Shown one piece after another: positions 11,301-24,587 of a DNA stretch of 64,000 nt. Position numbers and translations under genes: made by a program. The stretch spans positions 1,054,001 to 1,118,000 of the forward strand of contig NW_026781915.1 in the NCBI RefSeq assembly GCF_031769215.1, written 5' to 3'. How positions within the stretch are numbered: position 1 is the stretch's first letter; each line of letters opens with the position of its first letter. Under the pieces are notes generated by a model. The model did no database searches and was not told where the DNA came from. It worked only from the letters and a program-made list of their open reading frames with translations. The stretch comes from Ylistrum balloti (taxonomy: Eukaryota).

Positions 11301-14059
11301 CTGGAGGAGAGCTTTAAATCCAAAATAGTGTTGTAATGTCTACTGCATCAGCTTAGCTAATGGTTTAATACTTGAGACAGCAGACATATAGGATATGTTG
11401 AGACCATTTAGAAGAAAACAAGTGTCATTAGCTGAAGACATTTGTTTCTTGAGTAAAAAAAACACTAGATTATTGTTCTCTGAAATAATATGGTGGGGTA
11501 ATGAAGCTATTCATGTCTACCGGTATGTGTAGGTCTTGATAATAATCAGAAAGATAAAGAGTTAGTGTTCATTTCAGTCCTATCTGTCTTAACACAGCTG
11601 TTCATGTAGATTATAATCCCATGGAGATTGTAATTAATTTTTTTAATAGAGTTTCTTACTCCCTTTGAGATTTTTGCATTTCAATGTTTATTTATTAACT
11701 TTCCAGGTTAACAGATAATTGAAGTATGTTTACCGAGTTTTGTTGAAATTAAACATTGTGATCTTCTCTCTAAACATTTGAGAAAATATCATGAACACAT
11801 GATAATAGCATCTTGTAACAAAGTTAGGGGGTTTATTGGAATCAGGTTGTATGAGATGGCCCTATAGACAACAGTACTATTTTTCTTTATTATTTTTATA
11901 ATTTTCTTAATTCAGAATAATCACTAGAAGACAAAACCTCCTTAATTTTTTTACCCAGTAAGTAAATACAACATTGTAATTTAAGCGGTGTATAAGTAAC
12001 ATATATTCTAAATTAACATTAAAACACATAAATTACAACACACAGGTGTTGTTAAAAAAAAGTACAACTTAGTTCAATCATTAATTGATATATAAATTAC
12101 ATTGATGATATAATCCTAAGCTGTTCCAAGCTAATACAATATAGCTTGTTAATTACTGGTCCAGAGGCTGAAGCCAACACCTGTAAACAAAAGAATTTCT
12201 ATCAGTCTCTAGTGTGCTACAAAGATAAGCTAACAACATTCCAGACTTCACAATCTTGTTTTTGGTTGGAGTTTAAATAGTTTTTTCACATCTTACATCT
12301 TTGTTATTGTCTAGCAGAAATAGTTGCAAATAACTCACAAACAACGCCTATTGACTGAATTGGAGAAGACTAGTACCACTGTAGGTCTGTGCACAGTCGT
12401 AAAGTGTACAATAAAAAAACGGTTTCAGGGCAGGAATGCTAGAGATGTGGACATTTGAAAGCTTCATTTACACTTCTGAAGTATTTGGAGGAGAATCCTG
12501 ATTTTGGAGTTGTAGGAACTAATGGTTATTAAATGAACACAAATGTCAATTTTTTTGTTGATATCGTAATCCATCAACAACAGGTGCATTATTTGTCTAG
12601 TACAAGCGTACTCTTTGTTTGTATGGAAATCCACTAAGTTTTGAAGTCAGGGGTTGAGTTTGGTTTTGAATTTTTTAACTACATTATTAAATATTAACTT
12701 CTTCAAACAATCTGTTTATGATACTTTAAGTAAATATTTGGTTGCAGGAAAGATAATTTCTCCATCCTTTTAAGTTATTATATCCAATTCTCGTTAATTT
12801 TGATGACAATGAGAAATGATATGATCCTGATAACTTATACAGTTGATAATGATGCTGAGGACTTTGACACTGTTCAGGATGATTTTACCAAACGGATGAC
12901 CTTGACAAACATTGATCATGCTGACTTGAAGGATGTATGAAACTCATATTTGACCAGAAATAGAACTGGACTGTAAACAAATTATATAACTTAATATCAT
13001 ATTGACTTCTGCATTTTGATAGACTTTTTACCATTACTTGTACCCCCCCCCCCACCCGCCCAATCCGCCACCCCTCCCCCTCTTTCCCAGCAGTGGAGCA
13101 CTTAATATGATGTTCTATGGAATTTTTCCTCTGGACTACATTAACCCCACCCCATTTGAGCTAAAATTTTGGTTGGAATGTTAAGGAAAGGCAGTCAAAA
13201 AAAGTGTTGTAAATTTTCAACATGGCAGCCAAGGAGGATATTTTGTAATATGATTGTGCAATCATGGTTTTCCTGTGTGACACCCATTTCAAACTTCTTC
13301 TCAAGTTTCTCCAATGGGATTAAGCTACAGCTCTGATATGATGTGTGTTGATGATAATGACAAAGTTGACATTTTTGACACCTGTTTAAGATGAGGAGTT
13401 TGATATAGTGATATTTGATGTTTTGTTACCATGGTGATCAACTACTTTGTTTATTTGTTTGACATTTTAATGTTGACGTTTTGTATTTTCTTAGTTATTG
13501 AAACTGAAAACAGATATGTGTATATTGTAAAAGGCTTTACTCTCTGAGGGTGGCCTTACCAGTAAGTGGCTCCAAGAATGTTCTAGGGTAGTGATGTATT
13601 ACTTAAGTCCTTGTCATAACTTGTGAATGTATTGTCATAGTAACCTTAGTACAGCAGTATGAAATAGGATTATATTGACTGTAAAACACACCGATCTACC
13701 ACCGATACACAGAAATTTTCGTGGTTTTTACATTGTTTAGTAAGTCAGGTTTAAATAGAAAAGTTGTTATCACAGCGAATTTGTTGATTTGTTTCAAGAT
13801 AACTACAGAAATGTAATGAATTTTACAAAAACATCATAAAAGTAAGCACCAGTAGAACTGCATTTTACCAACATGGTAGATAAGTTATAAACTGTGGTAT
13901 TTCACCCCCTCCCACCCATCCGCCTACCTTGTAAACTTATATTTGTTTACTGCCAACATTGGTTATACATAACTGGGAGAGATTTACCCAGGGGTGACTT
14001 AGGTTAAAGTTTTATTTTTGAAATACTTGAAATATATTTTTAATTCTCTTTTTTTTCAG

Positions 14060-14152
14060 ATCAAACTTGTAAACATTCGATCAGATGAAATTGTTGATGG
14101 CAACCCAAAACTGACGCTTGGTCTCATCTGGACCATCATCCTTCATTTCCAG
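14060..14152 (+). CDS. DST: Spectraplakin exon, end of CH1: [31 protein letters not shown]
   Basis: Acceptor ttttttttcag and donor GTAGGT at 14153; 93 nt, phase 0-0. Contains the near-invariant [30 protein letters not shown] motif (seen inside ORF 14018..14356). Confidence 0.98.
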
Positions 14153-17100
14153 GTAGGTCACCACAGCAACATGCTCCCCGACAGCAGCATTCCAGCATTG
14201 GATCTGTACTTCTTATTTCTCTGTCAGGCAGAATATTCCTGTCAGATGAAGTTCTGGTGCTGTATGTTACACTTTCTGCGTGAGCTTAAAAAAAAAGAAT
14301 TGCTGATAGATGAATATTTATTTACAACAAATACTTTCTTGCAAAGAAAATATTGAAATATCAACATGTATGGTTAAGGTGAAGAAGTGTAAATCACAGA
14401 AACAGATAAACCAATCAACTGTAGCTTCTAATGTTTCCCTTATCAGACATGTCTCCATCATTACAGGACATGATGAATTTGGTGTGTATTTGTTGTTATG
14501 GGGTTGATAGAACTTCATTGCTGACAGAATTCTAGGAAAATTTTGTGTCATTAAACCCAAGATCTGTAGGATAAATTTCAACGTTACTGCCACAAAGTGA
14601 CGGCAACAGAGCGACCTACAGCAGTTGAAATTCATCTTCAGTTAATTTTCAACCAATCAAAACAGGGCTGACATTTGCTGCATGTTTTTGCTGTTTTTTG
14701 CTGTCAGTGTACAGCATTTAAACATTACATTGAAAGATGCAGGTAGAGTAGAAGTGATAAGAGTTCGATAATATCTCTGGTTGAATGTTGATTTACTTGT
14801 TATAACATGGATTAAAAACATATGTTCTGACAAACTTTAAATCAGATTGAAAGATGAAATGATGTTGAAACTTGTTAGTAACTGAAAAGAAATAAATTAC
14901 TGTTTTAATGGCTGAAAAAAATTAAAGATGAAACTGGATCAGCTTGCTGTGAAAAGAACGGAACAGGTGATTTCTCGTTCCTTACACTATCTGTGTACTG
15001 GAAGTCTATAGAGTATTTATTGTGTCGTATTACAATGTTTACATAATGGAACACTATAAAGCATTTCTCTTCCTTACAATATCTAAATAATGAAACACTA
15101 TAAAGTATTTCTCATTTCTTACAATGTCTGTCAGGTCAGGTTTGATGCAGAAGGTTCACAACATATCTTTGTACTGTCCAGTTAGTTGCACATAAATGCT
15201 AATTGAAACTGATTTCAATAGAAAGGTTGTCAGTCTACTTATCTCCCTTTATAAGGAAACATATCTCTTCTTTGGCACCCAATATCTAACCCTTTGCTTG
15301 TCTTCATATATCTATCAAAGTTTAATGAAATAAACATCTTGATAACTCACTTTGGTCTCCAATCTATGTCTAAATGGTCTAGTCACATTGTGAAAAATGG
15401 GGAAAAAATTATAGATATGTTATCGTCATGGTGATAGTGAAGCATGCAGTTACCATGAGCCATTGAGTCATCAGTTTTTGTGTTCCTCTGCTGCAAATGG
15501 AGAAAACATGTGCACATTAAAAGGAAGACGTCTTGAATGGAGATAAGATATTGGTATGAAAAAAATTATATTTGCTTATCTTTGATCGGTTAGTCAGCAC
15601 GTTTTTTAAGTATGGAGTAGCTTGTGAATTACTGCAATGTTGTGTGTTCATAATCTTAGGAGATAAAAGGTTGGTGAGAATATAGAGACATCTATCAACA
15701 ATACAGGGAAAAACCCATTAAACACTGACAGTATTTGTTCTTGTAGGCTGTAGAATAAATTAAAACTTTGAAACATTTGTTAACATTTGCTCTGTGTTAA
15801 CCTCATTTGTTTCCAATGTTTGTCAGAAAATGTGAAAATGGAGACAATTTGAGGATAAAAAAACCCCACCTTAGTGCTAATGTAAATCAGTTTTGAACAG
15901 TTTGCTTATGTTTTCAAGAAATGCAAGGCAGAAAATAACAGATTTAACACTCCAAAGATTCCAGGATACGATTTAGCAGCGTCAGTATTATCAGATATTA
16001 TGTTATACATATCTGCTGTAAAGACAGTAATTTTTGTGTGGATTTATTTTCGTTGCTTTTAACAGGTAATCTTAATTACTGAACTCATATGTCCATGAAC
16101 TGTTAAAATTTGTGTTTTACAAATCTATTGAGCTATGTTTATTTACGAAAATCTGTTGTCCACGAAACCATAATGTTTTAAAGAAGCAAGAAAATTTGTT
16201 TTTGTATAACTGTTAATTGTGAAAAAAAAGTCTTGGAATCCAAATATGAATATTGTACATTGATTTGAAATAGTAGATGTTACTGTTTTTACATTTTTGA
16301 TATTTGTAAGGTTTTGATCTTCTCAGAAATATACTACAATCATGTTCAAGTTGTTTTACTGTAAATCCATCAAAATGAACTCTAGAATCCATCAAATTTG
16401 TTCCCTATTAATTTACAAGTTTCTGTCATCAAATGTTCTTTGTCTGGTGTAACAGCATCCTTTTATTTTAAAAGTTTGTTGATTTGGCATGATTTCATCT
16501 CCGACTTTTGTAGTTAATGGATAAAGTTGTTTGTTTCAGGCAAAGTGTATTTTATTATTACTGGGATATACAAATCAGAAAAATAGGCTAGCAAAACAGA
16601 ATTTACTTATAAACAAAAAAAAAAATGTTTCGTCCTGTTGGTAGAACATTTCTGTAATTAGCTAGATCACAGTTAAGTAGATGATAGAGCACATTCATTG
16701 TTAAATCAAGTTACTTATATATTTCTCGCTACAAAAATATCAGCAGAATTTCATATGTTATGATTTAACTGCACTTGAATTAGGCGGTAATTGTTTTAAT
16801 TTCTTTGTGATTGAGAACATTTCTGTAACTCTAAAGACTCTTTCATGTAAGATTAAATCTTTGTTGTTTTTGTAGATTATGAGTCATAAAAATATCTTGT
16901 GATATCATGGGATGAAAATGTCTCCAGCAGTTTTCTCTTTCGTTTGCATTGCTTGTAACAATTAGCTGTAAGCTGCTATGAAAATTGTTATCAAAATTGT
17001 AATTACATACCAGGAGGGTGGGGGGAAGTAGTATATCCCCAGATGTGTGTTTAGCTACATGTTCTGGTTTTTGTAAGAGTTGGATTTATTTTACAGATCT

Positions 17101-17671
17101 GTATTCCAAAGTTTCTCTGAGATATATAAAACCTATACACAGCTGTAATTACATGTTAGATAATGCTTAGATTTAGGGGCACACAATTAGGGGAATGCAT
17201 TGGATTGTACATAAAATGATTTTATCAGGGCAGCTTGGAACAAATTCTTTCTGATCGAGTTTTCTTTGTTTTCACAGGAAGTCATTAGTGAATAAGTAGA
17301 TATAAAGTTTTTTTTTCAGATTGAGTGAAAAGCATATGAAATGTTTAGTGTTGAAAAATTAAATATTTGCTTAATTTTCCTGAGAAAAGTTACAAATAAT
17401 TGTAATTTGAAACATACTTCTGTTTTTTTATCCTGCTGTGGTATAACTGACTGTGATATATGTACAATTCACTTATTCTCAAGGAAGCCATTTTATTAAT
17501 TAAAGTGAGGCCAGCATACCTGTATATGTAATTATTACTGATCTGATGACTTTCAATGTTTAAGAAGAACTGTGAGTGTACTGCAGTTCTATTTAACTTG
17601 CACACATAAAAAACGGCTTAAAAAACTGAAAAGAAAGTTTTTCAGAACTGTTTAGTTAAGTATCTTATATA

Positions 17672-18050
17672 CAATGGTGGTGACCCTTGGTACAATTGTG
17701 GTTACCATAGATACAAATGTGGTTACCATAGATACAATTGTGGTTACCTTAGATACAATTGTGGTTACCATAGATACAATTGTGGTTACCTTAGATACAA
17801 TTGTGGTTACCATAGATACAATTGTGGTTACCTTAGATACAATTGTGGTTACCATAGATACAATTATGGTTAACTTAGATACCATTTTGGTTACCTTAGA
17901 TACCATTATGGTTACCTTAAATACAATTATGGTCACCTTAGATACCATTATGGTTACCTTAAATACAATTATGGTCACCTTAGATACCATTATGGTTACC
18001 TTAGATTCAAATGTAGTGAGCTTAGATACAAGTGTAGTTACCTTAGATAC
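17672..18050. repeat. 21-bp minisatellite (ttgtggttacc[a/t]tagatacaa)
   Basis: Tandem 21-mers; source of the 7-aa-periodic ORFs on both strands. Confidence 0.95.
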
Positions 18051-20844
18051 CCATGCTCCACATTTAGATGCGGACATACTATGTGAGATTACACAGGTTA
18101 TTTTTGGTAGGGTTAGTTTTGTCTCTTCTTCAATATTTTATCTGGAGATCAAACTGCAGTTGTAGAGGTTTTTCCATGTCTATGTTGTGCCTTGATTCCG
18201 GGGTTCTGATAAAAGTGCAGACCCCAGGAGGAGGGACTGAATCACCAAGCACATGTGCATGCTGTAATTTGAGTGAAATCAGGCATGCAAACTCCCCTTC
18301 CTCCTCCCAAAAATAGGTACTCAAACCCTTCTTCCTCCTTGCCGACCAGGGCAACCCCAAGATTGATTGGGAGATGGGTCAAACATGAGGGGCCATGTCA
18401 GGAACCCAAATCATTGGGAGAATGATGTTAAACCTGTATCAGAAAAAGGTTGTGTAGGTTAGATGAAGGTTTACAACACTGAAGTCTGAAGCAATACCAA
18501 ACCTTTACAACATTCCATCAGAGCTCTTGTGAATTACTTGGTTCTTGTCTTTGATGAAATGTGAATGCTCAAGAAATTGTAGATATAAAGTGGTTGGTGA
18601 TAATTTGATAACTAAGTAATTATCTATAGCAATTGTAGGCAGACGTTGTAGAATAAAGTTATATTGATGTAGAATGAAGGGACCTTAATCTAGCAGAATA
18701 GAGTTTATATTGATATGAAATAAAGGGCTGGTCTTTTGGTTTGTGCAGAAGGAAAATCATTATATAGAATACTTTTACAAAAAATTGAAGTTTGGAGAAA
18801 CTTTACTCTGGGAAAGATTTGATATTGTCCTTGACTTGTTGCCTACATTTTAGATTACAATCTCTACCACCAGTATCAGGAATATCACAATGTATTGAAT
18901 TATTTTAGATGGTCTGTGTTTTACCTGTAGATGTTACGTAATCCTTGTCTACTGATAGTCTGTACAGTATAAATAATGAAGATGTTAAATATGACATTTC
19001 AGCAGCTGCAGTTAGAATGATTGAGTTAGTCAACCATCCATGATAGAAACAGCATGGAGTGCTAGTGTCTTTACTTAGCTTATTATCTACACAGAGAAAA
19101 ACAAATTTGTCTTGATTTTCCATCAACTAATCAAAATCTAAGAAGAGAAAAAGCTCTGTCTGAAATCTGTTAAACCATTAATCAATCCCTGCAGATGGCC
19201 AAGACTTCATAAAAAGTCAATTGTTATACCAAACTTAGTGCCTGGAGAAAATATAAACTGTTTATCATTAGGACTGTTAGAAAATTAAACGGGGATTATC
19301 AGTAGTGCTGTTTAAAAATTCTGCTTTATTTATCAATAGGACTGTTAGAACAATAAATGGTTTTTATTAATAGGACCATTTACAGCTGTATTAGATAAAA
19401 TATGATCTATGTGTAGAGTTACTAGCAGTAGAATAAAACATTTTCACTCTGCAGACTGCCTTTCTTATTTTCGGTTTGAATTTATTTGTTACAGATAGCA
19501 AGTCTTCTATTTCACTAAATTTTCATGAAATTAACCTACAGTGATGCTACAGAAGGACCAGCTAGTCAGGGTGGACCTATTGAAAGACATAGAAATAGTA
19601 TTGGTTTGATATGCTACTGAACAGTGGTAAATATGGGTGGGCTTATTAACATGCATGGGTTTATTGACATGCATGGGCTTATTAGTAGATAAATGGTGTT
19701 TTCCATTCTTACAAACAATGCCTCTTGTGTGAGGTTAATACCAGTGACGTTGTCCGGTACAGATGTCAATCCTTATTTGATCCTGATAAATGTCGACTAT
19801 ACAGAGATTTGATAATGAATTGTTTTCTTCTGGGATTAAATCAACATCACCATTGCCATAAATATAACATTTTTGACCAATTATGACAGTCTGTAGTGTC
19901 ATTTATAAAGCATTTGTTCAAGGTTCAATATCTCTCAATAAAGTACTAATGGAGAGTGCAGTGTTTGAGTGTTAAAAGAGACAGGCTTTGTGGTTGGTAG
20001 AGATATGCTTGTTCATTATTTTTACATAACTTAACTTAATGTGCCGAGGGAAAGAGACTTTCTCGGCATGAAGTTATGACTCAACATGCTATAAAATTAC
20101 ATAACTACTGATGTATATTTCATCTCTAACCACAAATGAAATATTAATAGAACATAGGTGGTAATCAGACTTTCTTACGTTGGCAGATCTTAGTCATTAG
20201 GTTACCAGATACAACAACAGACAATATCTATAGACTTCAACAATGTAACAGTATCAATAAATCCAAAACATTTTACAAAAACAGAAAAATATGAAGTCTT
20301 TATTTGGAAAATCATCCTGAAACTAGTTATCAAGAAATCTTCAAATGAAAGAAATGACAGAATTATTTTCATTTTTATTTAGAATAGTGCAAGTTTTGTA
20401 AAAGTTCCAAAAAATTTATATGAATTTAATCATGACTTATTAATGTGGAATGTCAGACTTTTTTACTTTCTTTTGATGGAGATTGGAAAAAATGTGAGGT
20501 ATTTTTATATCTGTACATACAGATTTATAATGCTAACTATGAGTTATAGTAGTTTTTAAACATCTTAATGATGTAAATTTTATCATGTTTATATTATAAC
20601 ATCTGTATTTGATAGCTGAGTAGTGCTGTAGCTATCTATACTGATGTTATCAACTTTCAAAACTCCAGTTTACTTAATGACTTTTCATGTAATGATGTAT
20701 TTTTCTCAAATATCATTTTGGAGGCTTCTTTGAAATGGTGCAGAAACAAATTTGATGTAACAGCAAATCTGACTGTCTAAATAATATATCTATTATTGTC
20801 AAGCTTAACATCTTAATTAACAAAATGCAGGGGATATTTTGAAT

Positions 20845-21340
20845 GGGACAGCCCCAGGTAGACTGGAGGGCTATGTTGTGAGTGGGACAGTCCCTTAGAG
20901 ACTGGAGGGCTATGTTGTGAGTGGGACAGCCCCAGGTAGACTGGAGGGCTATGTTGTGAGTGGGACAGCCCCAGGTAGACTGGAGGGCTATGTTGTGAGT
21001 GGGACAGCCCCAGGTAGACTGGAGGGCTATGTTGTGAGTGGGACAGCCCCAGGTAGACTGGAGGGCTATGTTGTAAGTGGGACAGTCCCTTAGAGACTGG
21101 AGGGCTATGTTGTGAGTGGGACAGTCCCTTAGAGACTGGAGGGCTATGATGGGTGAGGGACAGTCCTTGAAAGACTGGACGGCTATTTTGGGTGAGGGAC
21201 AGTCCCTGATAGACTGGATGGCTATGTTGGGTGAGGGACAGTCCCTGATAGACTGGATGACTATGTTGGGTGAGGGACAGACCCTGATAGACTGTAGGAC
21301 TGTGTTGTGGGTGTTGAGCAGTCCCAGATAGACTGGGGGG
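20845..21340. repeat. 39-bp minisatellite (gggacagccccaggtagactggagggctatgttgtgagt)
   Basis: Tandem 39-mers; source of ORF 20713..21402. Confidence 0.95.
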
Positions 21341-21534
21341 ACGTTTTGGTTGTGGGAAACCAAAGAACTTGGCATTGGCAGGACTCTTAATGTCTGAACC
21401 ATATTGAGAATGTCTTGGAAATTACAAGAATAAGGTTGAATTTGTGATGTCTACTAATATAGTATGAAATTCTAGCATACTATGTATAGTTAATCTATTC
21501 CTATATCCCCTTAAATCAGGGATTGTAGTGTTTG

Positions 21535-22545
21535 AGCACCACACTTTAGTGTATGGTTCCACTAGGTGAGGTGTGATGGGCACCACACTTTAGTGTATGG
21601 TTCCACTAGGTGAGGTGTGATGGGCACCACACTTTAGTGTATGGTTCCACTAGGTGAGGTGTGATGGGCACCACACTTTAGTGTATGATTCTACTTGGTG
21701 AGGTGTATTGGGTACCATACTTTAGTGTATGGTTCCACTGGGTGTGATGGGCACCAAATCTTTAGTGTATGGTTCCACTAGGTGAGGTGTGATGGGCACC
21801 ATACTTTAGTGTATGGTTCCACTAGGTGAGGTGTATAGAGCACCACACTTTAGTGTATAGTTCCTCTAGGTGAGGTGTGATGGGCACCACACTTTAGTGT
21901 ATGGTTCCACTAGGTGAGGTGTGATGGGCACCACACTTTAGTGTATGGTTCCACTAGGTGAGGTGTGATAGACACCACACTTTAGTGTATGGTTCCACTA
22001 GGTGAGGTGTGATGGGCACCACACTATAGTGTATGGTTCCACTGGGTGAGGTGTGATGGGCACCACACTTTAGTGTATGGTTCCACTAGGTGAGGTGTGA
22101 TAGACACCACAATTTAGGGTATGGTTCCACTAGTTGAGATGTATTGGGCACCAAAACTTCAGTGTATGGTTCCACTAGGTAATGTGTGATGGGCACCACA
22201 CTTTAGTGTATGGTTCCACTAGGTGAGGTGTGATGGGCACCACACTTTAGTGTATGGTTTCACTAGGTGAGGTGTGATAGACACCACACTTTAGTGTATG
22301 GTTCCACTAGGTGAGGTGTGATGGGCACCACACTTTAGTGTATGGTTTCACTAGGTGAGGTGTGATGGGCACCACACTTTAGTGTATGGTTCCACTAGGT
22401 GAGGTGTGATAGACACCACACTTTAGTGTATGGTTCCACTAGGTGAGATGTGATGGGCACCACACTTTAGTGTATGGTTCCACTAGGTGAGGTGTGATGG
22501 GCACCACACTTTAGTGTATGGTTCCACTAGGTGATGTGTATTATT
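21535..22545. repeat. 44-bp minisatellite (caccacactttagtgtatggttccactaggtgaggtgtgatggg)
   Basis: About 23 tandem units visible. Confidence 0.95.
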
Positions 22546-24215
22546 TCTTGTTTGTTTGTAATAAAACATAATACTTCGGTGGTTTTATTGCATAGAGAGT
22601 TTGCCAAGATCACAATCATCTTGTCACTCAGTCAGGGTGGGGTAGTGTGTTGACAAGATCTGTAGCTTTCAGGCTTCCCTTAGCTCAATAAAAAATGTGA
22701 GGAGGAGGAGGAGAGAACATCAAGAGATGGAGCTACAGCAGGGAACATTGATAGGAGTCTTTAAGGAGGATCAATGTCATGTTACCAATAACCAGAAGGG
22801 GCCAAGAAGAGTCTGTCGTCTGGGTTCCTGGGATTCTTGAGAGGTGTGGCTCTGTGTTTGCAGAAGTGAAATTTGTGTTTGTAAGACTCACTATCGGTAT
22901 ATAACATAAAAATTTTGTCTCCCATAATAGATAAATAAATAGATTTAGGCAGTGATTCTGAATCTCAATAATACATTATTATAACTAACTGTATGTAATC
23001 ATACAGACCCTATTTTTACTGGAGGGAAATGTCAGTTATTATATGATACTATAACTAGCTGTATGTAATCTATTTCTACTGAAGGGAAATGTAAGTAACT
23101 TAAACGGTTATTATGATACCATTAACATTTATTACTGTGTGATTGTTTATTGCTCAATGCCAGTAGTTAATATCCCCATCTCTCACCAGGTGGCAGGGTT
23201 CGCCCATGATTGGACTAACATGTAAACATTGCCTAAATACTTCTCATCCCAGACTTATATTAAAGGAGGTAGTGATGTTGAAAGGGTTAGTCTTCAGTTC
23301 ACCAAGTTTATCCCCTTTAGCCAAGATGTATGTAGATGTTACAAATCCTCAGACCTTCTAAACCGTGCAAATTATCCCTGCAATATTTCTAATGTTTTGA
23401 TAAGATTATTACCATAGATGTAAGACGGAACTCTGGGTAAATTTTCCTTTTACACTGATACTCATCTTGAGTTCAAATGTTGGCAAACAACTGTATCTTG
23501 ATGTACTGAAAGGAATTATGTTTGTATTTATCAAAGTAATATTTGTTTGTAAAATCCGTTTTTGTATGAGCAGTTATAATGTTACAATGTTTTGAACATG
23601 TGAATTGCAGGCATCATATACGTAATTACTGATGTTGGTCAAAACAATTTTTAAAAAAATCAAAATAAATAAAAATAAAGAAGATCGGCCAGGGATCTTC
23701 AGATATCCCTTTACATTAGGTGATGGTGTCAGTGAGGGCTTGTATAGATGTACAGTTCTCTTGACTTTCACCAGATTGGCTGCCCCTATCAGTGCTTACT
23801 GGTTACTGAACAGACGAGTAGGAAGTGAGGCATGATGCATGCGACTGCTGGGCTGATACCGGTAACAGAAATTGTTATTGGCATGAAGGATACACATACA
23901 GGCAGACAGAGGGGGTATCTCACTGTAGACCCCCCTCATCACTATCAGTCCTCACTCTCCATCAACTCTCTCTCTAATGTGATCTGGCTCTGGGCAGGAG
24001 TGCTGCTCTCTCTATCACTCACCAGATATGTGTTACAACCAAAGTGGATTTATTTCATATCTCCTAACATGTTTTGTGATGTATCATACGACCTTTTAAC
24101 CGTGTGAGAGTGTAGGGTCATTTCATACAGGCATGATTACCACAGAAAAAAGTACATTATTTACAGTAAATCATCTTTATCATAATAATAATATTTAAGA
24201 AACAGTATTTTTTTA

Positions 24216-24385
24216 TGACAATCACTGGAGTGTGTCCTGTGTGTAGTCTATGACAATCACTGGAGTGTGTCCTGTGTGTAGTCTATGACAATCACTGGAG
24301 TGTGTCTTGTGTATAGTCTATGACAATCACTGGATCGTGTCCTGTGTGTAGTCTATGACAATCACTAAAGTGTGTCCTGTGCGGA
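24216..24385. repeat. 35-bp minisatellite (atgacaatcactggagtgtgtcctgtgtgtagtct), about 5 units
   Basis: Direct tandem repeats. Confidence 0.9.
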
Positions 24386-24416
24386 GTCTTTAGGATAAGT
24401 TGTATGATGATGATAT

Positions 24417-24560
24417 ATGTTGTATTGTGAGGAATTCTTGTTGCCATTGTTCCATTTCTTTATTACCTTGGGATATTTCCTGATTCTAATGGAGAAGAAA
24501 CGATTCCCATTTAAACTTGGCTTTGGCCAGAAAAAAGTGAAATCACCTTTAAAGAAGCAG
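24417..24560 (+). CDS. Putative alternative first coding exon of the spectraplakin (48 aa, hydrophobic segment plus polybasic tail; a second in-frame ATG at 24489 gives 24 aa)
   Basis: ATG-initiated open frame ending in a strong CAG|GTAAGA donor in phase 0, compatible with the acceptor at 59152. Peptide MLYCEEFLLPLFHFFITLGYFLILMEKKRFPFKLGFGQKKVKSPLKKQ. Prediction only. Confidence 0.6.
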
Positions 24561-24587
24561 GTAAGAAGTTACTACAGTACTCTTATA

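Noticed and set aside
8675-11323. 882-aa, 537-aa, 329-aa and 325-aa ORFs on both strands
   Set aside because: They are translations of a stop-free 33-bp minisatellite (period divisible by 3) inside an intron of the plakin gene, with no unique domain. The nearby acceptor-like site at 8679 leads to a stop after 7 codons and is out of frame with ORF 8711.
13041-13235. Poly-C tract with GC-box/CCAAT-like motifs and caacatggcagcc
   Set aside because: No ATG-initiated phase-0 frame to a good donor was found between here and exon 14060, so promoter status is unsupported.
17652-18165. Antiparallel ORFs with 7-aa periodicity (VVTIDTI / VSKVTTI)
   Set aside because: Artefact of the 21-bp array.
22779-22880. 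MLPITRRGQEESVVWVPGILERCGSVFAEVKFVF|gtaaga, phase 0
   Set aside because: Donor has T at -1 and the peptide has no motif; kept only as an example of the chance background for leader calls.
23632-23817. Basic ORF MLVKTIFKKIKINKNK...LNRR|gtagga
   Set aside because: Weak donor (A|GTAGGA), and the Lys/Asn richness follows from A-rich low complexity.
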